Shown in pieces: positions 10,208 through 17,899 of a DNA stretch of 64,000 nucleotides. The DNA is taken from the IMG/VR virus record IMGVR_UViG_3300030060_007200, one strand, 5' to 3'. How positions within the stretch are numbered: position 1 is the stretch's first letter; the number at the start of each line of letters is the position of its first letter. A program made the position numbers and the translations under genes. The notes beneath the pieces were generated by a model. It had not been told where the DNA came from. It ran no database searches and saw nothing but the letters and a program-made list of their open reading frames with translations. This DNA is from a virus.

Positions 10208-11246
10208 AACTTTTTGCCGCCATTGCCTCTAAATGCGAAAAACATAATTTTAACCACAAGTCAGGATTTTTAATTGCTGTGTATGTTTTGTCCTCCAACA
10301 TTAATTTTTGAAATTTATATTTTACTAATCTATTTATAGGTTTTCTAACAGCGTCCATAATATAAGATTTTGTACTACCTGAGATATCAACCTCGGATAA
10401 CTGCATTAGTTCGTAATTCAACCTTATCATATCTTCGCTATTTGATATTTCTTTTATTACCTTTGATGTATCATCTGTAGTTTTTACATAATCAAGTAAT
10501 TCTTCTACAGTTATCTTTTTATCTTCAAATAATATAGGCAATCGCTTTTTAAGTGTTTTTACACCTACACCTTTTATACCAGGTATATTATCTGATGGGT
10601 CACCTTTCATTGTTCTATATAATAAATAGTTGTGAGCAGGTATTTCAAAGTCTTCATTTACAGTATTTTTGAAATAGTATTTCTTTTTTGTAGGTGACCA
10701 AACCTGAAGTCTATCGTCTACTAATTGTAAAAAGTCCTTGTCGGTTGACATTATGTATACATGACTTTTAGGATATATCTGTTGAGAAATATATGCCATT
10801 GCATCATCAGCCTCTATATTTTCTGGTGCAATTACTGTAATTGGTAGAGTGTCAAGATATTGTGTTAATCTACGAATTTGATTTTTCATAGACACACTTT
10901 CATCTTCTTGACTACTGAAGGAGTTTAGACGGGTTAACCGCTTTCTAACTTTTCTGTTGGCTTTGTACTCGGGAAAGAGTTTGCGCCTTTTACTAGAACC
11001 ACCTTTACCATCAAAACAAACAATTACTCTTGTAGGTTTGATGTTTTTAATTGCATAACCAATAGACTGCAGAAAACCCGTCATGCCTCCAATATGTATG
11101 CCGTCTTCGTTTGTACTAGGGTTGACAGCAAATGCCCTAATAAATGTATTTAATCCATCAATCAAAAGTATTCTGTCGTTTGGTGACTGATTCATAGAAT
11201 CTGTCTCTTTTAGATTTTTGAGGATATCTATATAACTTTGTTTCAT
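10200..11246 (-). CDS. 5'-3' exonuclease / flap endonuclease (T4 RNase H / Pol I N-terminal-like)
   Basis: LIDGLN, YKANR, EADD, STDKDFLQL, GDPSDNIPGIKGVG. Confidence 0.95.
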   Translation of the reverse strand: MKQSYIDILKNLKETDSMNQSPNDRILLIDGLNTFIRAFAVNPSTNEDGIHIGGMTGFLQSIGYAIKNIKPTRVIVCFDGKGGSSKRRKLFPEYKANRKVRKRLTRLNSFSSQEDESVSMKNQIRRLTQYLDTLPITVIAPENIEADDAMAYISQQIYPKSHVYIMSTDKDFLQLVDDRLQVWSPTKKKYYFKNTVNEDFEIPAHNYLLYRTMKGDPSDNIPGIKGVGVKTLKKRLPILFEDKKITVEELLDYVKTTDDTSKVIKEISNSEDMIRLNYELMQLSEVDISGSTKSYIMDAVRKPINRLVKYKFQKLMLEDKTYTAIKNPDLWLKLCFSHLEAMAAKSYE

Positions 11247-11286
11247 ATATCTAATATAACAAAAATATTTGACATAGAAAAATAAA

Positions 11287-11796
11287 TAACGTACAAAAGT
11301 AGGCGTGTTGTTATTTTATTTCTATAAACTTAGCTTTTGCTGATTCTGACTTTGGTACAGTAATTTGTAGCAATCCATTTTCTAATGATGCGTCCAAATC
11401 TGAAAGGTTATAGTCAGGGCTAACCTTCCATCCCATATCAAAGCTTCTTCGTGCAATACCTCTATGTAAATATTGCGGTGCCTCAACGTCTGATGGGTTT
11501 GATTCTACTGATGGTTTTTTATAGGTAACCTTCAAAGTATTACCTTCTACTGAAACCTTAATTTCATCTCTTTCTATTCCGACACATGCAATGTCAAAAC
11601 ATAGAACATCATCTTGAATAAATACATCAACAGGATAATCTGGTTTTGCCTCCATAAAAGAGCCAAAATCTACATTTGTATCGAAAAAGTTTTTGAATAA
11701 TAAATCGGTGGAAAAGAGTCTCTCACCTAATAAGTGTCTTGTCATAATAAATCTCCTTAAATAATTTTTATTGTTTACGCCTACTTAAGTACGTTA
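11287..11796. repeat. 20-bp inverted repeat pair (11287-11306 / 11777-11796) enclosing hsp20
   Basis: TAACGTACAAAAGTAGGCGT versus reverse complement of the right arm TAACGTACTTAAGTAGGCGT, 18/20 identical. Confidence 0.9.
11311..11745 (-). CDS. Small heat-shock protein (Hsp20/IbpA family)
   Basis: YPVDV, YLHRGIARRSF, ASLENGLLQITVPK. Confidence 0.95.
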   Translation of the reverse strand: MTRHLLGERLFSTDLLFKNFFDTNVDFGSFMEAKPDYPVDVFIQDDVLCFDIACVGIERDEIKVSVEGNTLKVTYKKPSVESNPSDVEAPQYLHRGIARRSFDMGWKVSPDYNLSDLDASLENGLLQITVPKSESAKAKFIEIK

Positions 11797-11824
11797 ACAT
11801 ATATAAATATACAGCTCGGTTGTT

Positions 11825-12079
11825 TTAATTGTGCCAAGCTACGCTAATCATTTCTTGACCTGGCTTCCATTGTCCACCTGGTTTTCCTTTATATTTAGCT
11901 ATTTTATTTCCTGCCTTAATTTTTGATAAAGCATCATTTACATCTTTTTCTGTTTTCAAATCTCTAACAGTTATTGTGTTGTAAATATAGTCTTTTTTTA
12001 CAGGTCTATTTTTATCATCTCGTCCAACCTCTTTTGCCGTCTTCTTTACCTGCTCTAAATGTACTGTTAATCTTTTCAT
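11825..12079 (-). CDS. Hypothetical basic protein
   Basis: 4-nt overlap with upstream ORF; phage-like composition. Confidence 0.7.
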   Translation of the reverse strand: MKRLTVHLEQVKKTAKEVGRDDKNRPVKKDYIYNTITVRDLKTEKDVNDALSKIKAGNKIAKYKGKPGGQWKPGQEMISVAWHN

Positions 12080-12270
12080 AACGATTTCACTGTTTCTTTT
12101 AATTCTCTAGCCTCAGCTATTTGTTTTACTAATTTTTCACACTCTTCAACTACGCCTGGGTGCTCACCTACACCAACAGAGTTGGTCATATAATTTTGTA
12201 AGTTTGCTTTGGCTGTAGCCTCTTGTGCTTCTGCTTTTGCAATGATTGCTTTAATAATTAAATCGTTCAT
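12076..12270 (-). CDS. Hypothetical helical phage protein
   Basis: SD TAGGAG; NSVGVGEHP turn motif between helices. Confidence 0.8.
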   Translation of the reverse strand: MNDLIIKAIIAKAEAQEATAKANLQNYMTNSVGVGEHPGVVEECEKLVKQIAEARELKETVKSL

Positions 12271-12295
12271 TTTTTTCTCCTATTAAATTAAAAAT

Positions 12296-12393
12296 AAAAG
12301 GCTCTTGGTTGGTTAAATAAATCATAATCATAAGTGAGGATTTTTAACTCTTAACATTCTACACCACGTGAAGGTGGCCTTTTTTCGTAGAAC
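12296..12393 (-). ncRNA. HDV-like (CPEB3-type) self-cleaving ribozyme
   Basis: P1 GUUCUAC/GUAGAAU with G1.U wobble; P2 AAAAGGC/GCCUUUU; P3 ACC/GGU; L3 UUCACGU; J1/4 GU; P4 with GUUAAA/UUUAAC; J4/2 CCAA(G). Confidence 0.8.
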
Positions 12394-12403
12394 TAGGTGT
12401 ATA

Positions 12404-12595
12404 TTACAACACCTTAATTACATCAGATTTCTTAACTTCAACCACCTCAAACTCTACTGAGTCATTTGCAAAGTCTTTGTTAACGATTGCCTCTGCATCT
12501 GTAACTGATACAGCCGAAACTAAATAAGCTTCTTTTTTCCAAGTAACTTTTTTACCGTTATCTGTTGCAACTTTTACTCTTGCTAAATAATACAT
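12404..12595 (-). CDS. DUF4494-like small protein
   Basis: YYLARVK...EAYLVSAVSVTDAEA pattern typical of the Bacteroidota DUF4494 family; SD AAGGAG. Confidence 0.7.
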   Translation of the reverse strand: MYYLARVKVATDNGKKVTWKKEAYLVSAVSVTDAEAIVNKDFANDSVEFEVVEVKKSDVIKVL

Positions 12596-12631
12596 AACCT
12601 TTTCTCCTTATTGTTTATTAAAAAAACAATC

Positions 12632-12846
12632 ATAATGTGGTTGGATTCGAACCAACAGTTTTTCAAGTACCAGTTTGATAGGTAAAAACTTAAAAAAACC
12701 TAATATAGCCTCTGTACTCTTTAGAGACTTGGGGTCGGTGCTACCGCCACCGTTAAGCCGTTGACTACACGTAGTCTTGGCTGCGTCTTCCAAGATAGTG
12801 TTTTCAGGTTTTATGTGCCTGTCAACTATCATTCCGCCACACATTA
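12632..12846 (-). ncRNA. Expanded tRNA-like structured RNA (~215 nt)
   Basis: Acceptor stem UAAUGUG/CACAUUA; T-arm GUUGG-UUCGAAU-CCAAC; U8-G9 then D-arm GCGGAAU...UUGGAAGACGC interrupted by a 37-nt hairpin; several extra hairpins instead of a normal anticodon arm; no encoded CCA. Confidence 0.75.
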
Positions 12847-12851
12847 GATTG

Positions 12852-13979
12852 TTAACCTGTAGGTACGTCATCATCGCCAATAGTTAAATCGTCAATACCA
12901 ATTTCATCAGTTTTATATGACATTACCAATGTTTCACAAATCTTTTTATATATACTTTCTTTTCTTTCAGGGTTGGATAAAACCTTGTCCTCAAAATCTT
13001 TAGACAAAAACTTTATATCTTCACCTGTAATATCACAAGTATAAGTATACCAAGAGCCACCTTGTTGTAGAAGTTTATAGTCCTTCATTACTTGCAACCA
13101 GCTTCCTACATCATCAATTCCACTTTCGAAATAAATGTTGAATTCCGCTTCACGTAATGGTGGTCCCATTCTATTCTTAACAACTTTGGCTTTTGTTTTT
13201 ATACCTATTACTTGTTCCTTGCCTTGAATTTTGGCCTTTATTTGACCTGCTGCTTTCAACCTTAATCTACAGCTTGCGTGAAACTGTATAGCTTTACCAC
13301 CTGATGTTGTATATTTGTCGCCAAACATAACACCAAGTTTTTCTCTTAGCTGATTTGTAAAGATTAAGCATACTCTTTCTCTACCAATCATCTGTGTAAT
13401 TTTACGCATTGCTTTAGATAGTACAATGGCTTTTGATGTAGCCCAACCATCTTTGCTGTAGTCTGCATCTTGCTCTACTTTTGTTGTTGCTGCTGCAACT
13501 GAATCAACAACTATACTAACCAATCTATTTTTGTCTGCCTCTTTTACTTTTAAGATTATATTTTCAACAACCTCAAAAATATCTTCAACAGTTTCCAATT
13601 GTATGTATAGCATTTTTGAAATATCAATACCTATTGCTTGTAAAAACTCTTCGTTCATTGCGTTTTCAGTATCGATATAAACAGCCAATCCACCTTTTTT
13701 CTGAGTATTTGCTAGTAAGTGAGCCGCCAATAATGATTTACCTGAGGCTTCCATTCCAGTAATTTCTGTAATTCTGCCTACCGGTAAACCACCATGGGAC
13801 CTATTTGAAATAGCTAGGTCAAGTATAGATGAACCTGTACTTATCCATTCTGTTAAGTCTGTTGGTGTGTCTTCTGCACCATCAAGAAAGTATGCAACTT
13901 TCATTCCCTTAAACTGTTTGTTTAGTGAGTCAGCTAATACGCTGGCCAATTCATCTCTTTTTGTCTTGTCCTTTGCCAT
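12852..13979 (-). CDS. recA: RecA/UvsX recombinase
   Basis: GRITEITGMEASGKS, YIDTE, VVDSVAA, FTNQLR, SGGKAIQFHAS, VKNR. Confidence 0.95.
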   Translation of the reverse strand: MAKDKTKRDELASVLADSLNKQFKGMKVAYFLDGAEDTPTDLTEWISTGSSILDLAISNRSHGGLPVGRITEITGMEASGKSLLAAHLLANTQKKGGLAVYIDTENAMNEEFLQAIGIDISKMLYIQLETVEDIFEVVENIILKVKEADKNRLVSIVVDSVAAATTKVEQDADYSKDGWATSKAIVLSKAMRKITQMIGRERVCLIFTNQLREKLGVMFGDKYTTSGGKAIQFHASCRLRLKAAGQIKAKIQGKEQVIGIKTKAKVVKNRMGPPLREAEFNIYFESGIDDVGSWLQVMKDYKLLQQGGSWYTYTCDITGEDIKFLSKDFEDKVLSNPERKESIYKKICETLVMSYKTDEIGIDDLTIGDDDVPTG

Positions 13980-13989
13980 TTATTTTCTC

Positions 13990-14748
13990 CTAGTTTTCGT
14001 CATTAAATAAATCATCAAATGCAGATTCGATATTTTCAGTAGATTTTACACCTGTTGTTGTAGCCGTTGCAGTTTCTTGAACCTCTTCAGTTTCACCATC
14101 AGGATTTAACCACTCTTCAAGTACCGCTTTCAAATCATCGTAAGAGTTTTTTCTGAATATTTCGTAAATATCCTTTTGTCCTTCTACGATTTTTGATGCA
14201 ACATTAGAATCTGTAGTTGCAGCTGTTTGATTAGGCTTTACACGAATTGCAGTTTTAGGATATTGTCCAACACCTTCTGCTGGTGTAAATTCAACAACGA
14301 TATCTCTACCTGCCTTTACATCTGTAATGTCACCATAATCAGGGTCTGCTATAAAACCTAATAATTCTGTATAAACCTGCTTACCAAATCCCCAGAATTT
14401 AACACCTTCTGATTCCTGACCTCTTACAATAACAGGTACATAACATCTCATCTTAGGTGTTAGTTTCCTTGCAAGCTTAAAGTCATCTGATTTTCCAGTG
14501 TTTCTAAGTTTTTGTGCAAATTCCTCTACAGGGTCTGCCTCACCATACGTAACTGGTGATAAATAATTTTTCTTACCTAAATCATAGTGAAAATACATTT
14601 CAATAAACGGATTTTCCTTATTGTGCTGATAAGGTACGATTCGAACTTGATTTTTACCAGGTTCTGGTTTCCACAGGTTATCTTGTCTACCTGTTTGAGT
14701 TTGTAAGTTGTTTAACTTACGACGGATTGCATCTAAGTCAATTGCCAT
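13990..14748 (-). CDS. Single-stranded DNA-binding protein (T4 gp32-like)
   Basis: WKP...VRIVP, VKFWGFGK, GRDIVV, acidic tail AFDDLFNDEN; adjacent to recA. Confidence 0.85.
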   Translation of the reverse strand: MAIDLDAIRRKLNNLQTQTGRQDNLWKPEPGKNQVRIVPYQHNKENPFIEMYFHYDLGKKNYLSPVTYGEADPVEEFAQKLRNTGKSDDFKLARKLTPKMRCYVPVIVRGQESEGVKFWGFGKQVYTELLGFIADPDYGDITDVKAGRDIVVEFTPAEGVGQYPKTAIRVKPNQTAATTDSNVASKIVEGQKDIYEIFRKNSYDDLKAVLEEWLNPDGETEEVQETATATTTGVKSTENIESAFDDLFNDEN

Positions 14749-14800
14749 TTTTTTCTCCTTTTTTGTTAATAGTTATTAAATATAATAAAAATTTCTTAAT

Positions 14801-15814
14801 CTATGAAATTTCTACTAGCCTTTTTTCATATTTTTTTCTGTAGCCTTCAACAGCCAATTCCTTGTGCTTGGCCTCGACAACAACATCGATATCCAAACCA
14901 TAGTCGTTGATTTCATCGACAATAAGGTCGGAGTGTGCCTGTACTTTAATTTTTTGGCAATTTTTCCATAGCGATTCCATAGTAGGATATTCGCTTATAT
15001 CGTCGATTGTGATATTGCTGTTTTTTAGAAATGTTTCTACAATTAGTGATTGTTCGCGACGCCTTGATTCGGAATAGTGAGTACAAGGTTTTACATTCCA
15101 TGTTGACGCAGCCATTTTAAGTGCTTCTTCCTCGGTCATACCGCCTGTGCAAAATTTATGGTGATGATAGTCGAATACAATAGGTATACCTGTATGAGAA
15201 TAAACACCACTGTACAATTCGCGAACAGAATACATTGACGCTTTGTCGTCGTTTTCGACTGTTAGACGTGCCTGTGCTGACGGCTGAAGCAATTCGAAGT
15301 TTTGGCAAAACCTTGCAAGTGCAGATTCCTTGTTGCCATAAGCGCCACCAACATGAATATTGATTTTTGCCATACGAGATTTTGGTAACCCCATTAGGTC
15401 CATAATTTGTGCAGACTTGTTAAGTTCGTTAAGAGCGCCATCGACAACCTTTTGATGTGGTGATGCCAATACCGCAAATTGACCTGGGTGGAACGACAAG
15501 CGGTGGCCATAGCCTTGAGCAAGGTCACCTGCCTGTTTGAGGAGTTTACAGATTGTTTGATAACCTGGTAAATCTTTGAATTCGTATTCTGACATCCAAG
15601 GGTATATGTCCGATGACATACGGAAAACCTTGATGTTGTTGTCCTCATTCCACTGTATGATTTTTATTAAGTCTTTGGTATTTTCGATACACAATTCTGA
15701 TACATAGCCTAGACCTTTTGCATCGAATGTACGCCTAATCATAGAGCGACCTGTGTATATACCTTGTTTGCGTAATTGCATGTTAAGACATGCGTAACCT
15801 AGTTGTTTTGCCAT
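14801..15814 (-). CDS. uvsE: UV-damage endonuclease
   Basis: LGYACLN, FRMSS, RLSFHPGQF, INIHVGG, LTVENDD, FDYHHH, HYSES, AHSD, EAKHKE. Confidence 0.95.
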   Translation of the reverse strand: MAKQLGYACLNMQLRKQGIYTGRSMIRRTFDAKGLGYVSELCIENTKDLIKIIQWNEDNNIKVFRMSSDIYPWMSEYEFKDLPGYQTICKLLKQAGDLAQGYGHRLSFHPGQFAVLASPHQKVVDGALNELNKSAQIMDLMGLPKSRMAKINIHVGGAYGNKESALARFCQNFELLQPSAQARLTVENDDKASMYSVRELYSGVYSHTGIPIVFDYHHHKFCTGGMTEEEALKMAASTWNVKPCTHYSESRRREQSLIVETFLKNSNITIDDISEYPTMESLWKNCQKIKVQAHSDLIVDEINDYGLDIDVVVEAKHKELAVEGYRKKYEKRLVEIS

Positions 15815-15851
15815 ATTCTATAATATAATAAATTTATTTGACATATAAAAA

Positions 15852-16196
15852 TTATTTCCAAAAAATTTGTATACATACCAATGTTGTTGCTAGAACAAGT
15901 GATATTGCAGTTTTTGTTGTTATACCTTCGCCCATAAAAATCCATGTTAATAATACAAATGATATCATACCTGTACCAAAACCTATAAATCTACCTGGCC
16001 ATAATAGACCATCAAAATAACCTACAACATGTTTTGTTGCAAGTATAAACATATAGGATATAATTGTTCCAAATACTATCGATAAAATTATTGGGTTTTT
16101 GTCGAACCATTTCCAAAGAAACTGTCCGTTTGTCTGAATCCAGATTAAAGCCTGGCCTACGAAGAACAAAATAATTGCTAATGTCAACTGATTCAT
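15852..16196 (-). CDS. Small 4-TM membrane protein (DMT-like)
   Basis: Four hydrophobic segments; ...IFMGEGITTK pattern. Confidence 0.7.
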   Translation of the reverse strand: MNQLTLAIILFFVGQALIWIQTNGQFLWKWFDKNPIILSIVFGTIISYMFILATKHVVGYFDGLLWPGRFIGFGTGMISFVLLTWIFMGEGITTKTAISLVLATTLVCIQIFWK

Positions 16197-16274
16197 TTTT
16201 TAATACTTATTCGTTAATGTTTATTTATATATAAATATAACAAAAATTTCCGAGATATAAAAATATTTCGGCAA

Positions 16275-16676
16275 TTATTTTTTAATTTTTATATGTATAA
16301 CTTCTTTTACTGATGTATCGATTCTGCGTAAACCTTCGTCATTTGTAACCAATATACAGTTTCTATAGTTTTCCCACTCTAATTGGTATGATGTATCTAA
16401 CACTCCATTGTTAACTGTTTTTATACATTCGTTTAATGCGTTAATAGTATAAAGTGTATTTGTTTGTTTTTTTCTATGTAACGATATTGTATCAGGAATT
16501 ATTTCTACATGACCACTTGAGTCAATATTATATGTGCACATTAACTCTGATTTATTATCATTGTTATTTAATACAAAAAGTTTATTATATAATATATCAT
16601 ACGTATCTATTATCTTATCTACAGTTTTTGATAAAACTTTTGATTTCGTAAATGTGCATAGTAATTGAGTTCTCAT
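16275..16676 (-). CDS. Hypothetical phage protein
   Basis: Coupled to upstream ORF (TAATG overlap); QLLCTF, HRKKQTNTLYTINALN. Confidence 0.8.
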   Translation of the reverse strand: MRTQLLCTFTKSKVLSKTVDKIIDTYDILYNKLFVLNNNDNKSELMCTYNIDSSGHVEIIPDTISLHRKKQTNTLYTINALNECIKTVNNGVLDTSYQLEWENYRNCILVTNDEGLRRIDTSVKEVIHIKIKK

Positions 16677-17869
16677 TATTTAATCCCGAAATAAGATTTC
16701 CATTTTGGTGTTACGTTCCACTCACCTTTTTCGTTCTTAGAATAGCAAGCACCGTTACCATCAGAACCATATCCTCTTACAGAATAACCTGCCTTTTTTA
16801 TTGCCTGTGATATAGGTTGTAAATTTTTAATTAGTGTTGTAATATCTTTTGGTACACCACCTTTGAAAAAACAATTTGATGCTGCAGGTGAAGATTTACC
16901 AAATTTCTTTTCTCCAGAACCTGCCTCGTATTTTGCATCAGCATCTAACTCTGGTCCATTGTATGCTCTATCTTTTACAAACCAGTACATAAAAGGACTT
17001 TTTACACCAATCTCTCCAGCCTGTATTCTTTTTAGCATATTCATAATTATTTTTTTAGCACCAGATTTGCCTGCTAAGGCCTCGAATCTTTGAGGTAACA
17101 TCCAGCTATCTATAAATACTGCATTATCTTGTTTTAGACTTATCTTTAATTCTGTTCCAAATTTAGGTACTTTATTTCTTAACTTCACGTATACATCTGT
17201 TTTAGGCATACCTCGACCTTTCCATGCAGGGTCACCTAATTCGTCAATATAATTTTCTTTTCCATTATGTTCAAACTCCCAGTTTGCACCTGAGCCATTA
17301 ACAAATAACATTACAATTTGTTTTTCATGTACAATACCAGGCTTAAAATCTCTAAACACACCGCCTCTAATTTTTTGTGTTAAATCAGCTTTAATAAAAT
17401 CAACCTGTTTTCCAGTAGGTTTTAATACAGCGCTAGTTGCAATTAAATATGGCTTCTTTTTATATCTAATTTTACAATAATAAGACCTACCAATTTTAAT
17501 TAACTCTTTTTCCTTTTTTGTGACCATATCAAATGTTTCACCTTTTTTGATACCGATTGATTTTGCCTGAGTGTTTGCATCTAATAATGTAGTATCTTTA
17601 TCTGCTTTATATGGCTGGTCATTTTTAGGATTCATTTCAACATATTTGTAAAATGCACCAGTTGGCTGTTTATAGTTTGTTGTACGGCCTGCTAAACTTG
17701 CCTCTGATAAATTTTCAATGCTATCGATATATGATGATATAAATTTTTCAGAATATTTATGTGCCCTAAGCACAGCTTCTAATAATTGTAAGTGGTTTCT
17801 ATCTTTTGGGTCTGGCATTCCGTCATTTGTTCTCCAAGCCCAATCCTTAACTAATTGATTAAAATTCAT
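16676..17869 (-). CDS. Hypothetical late protein with PD-(D/E)xK-like motif
   Basis: PKTDVYV...KISLKQ; late promoter at 17887; N-terminal leader ending LSE/A. Confidence 0.65.
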   Translation of the reverse strand: MNFNQLVKDWAWRTNDGMPDPKDRNHLQLLEAVLRAHKYSEKFISSYIDSIENLSEASLAGRTTNYKQPTGAFYKYVEMNPKNDQPYKADKDTTLLDANTQAKSIGIKKGETFDMVTKKEKELIKIGRSYYCKIRYKKKPYLIATSAVLKPTGKQVDFIKADLTQKIRGGVFRDFKPGIVHEKQIVMLFVNGSGANWEFEHNGKENYIDELGDPAWKGRGMPKTDVYVKLRNKVPKFGTELKISLKQDNAVFIDSWMLPQRFEALAGKSGAKKIIMNMLKRIQAGEIGVKSPFMYWFVKDRAYNGPELDADAKYEAGSGEKKFGKSSPAASNCFFKGGVPKDITTLIKNLQPISQAIKKAGYSVRGYGSDGNGACYSKNEKGEWNVTPKWKSYFGIK

Positions 17870-17899
17870 AATACTCCCTTTATCTATATAAATATCAGA

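Noticed and set aside
12356-12393. TTCTAC...GTAGA resembling a Cas12a direct-repeat stem
   Set aside because: Single copy with a long loop, no array or cas genes; explained as ribozyme P1
12705-12760. Twister-like UUAAC...GACCCCAAGUC segment
   Set aside because: Lacks the 3' GAGGG-type pseudoknot partner and the P2 pairing of twister
12632-12846. Canonical tRNA, tmRNA or intron-containing tRNA
   Set aside because: No anticodon loop, no Ala identity elements or evident tag ORF, and inserts too short for group I/II introns
12608-12880. 90-aa ORF in the track
   Set aside because: Overlaps the recA end, has no SD and an atypical composition, and coincides with the tRNA-like RNA
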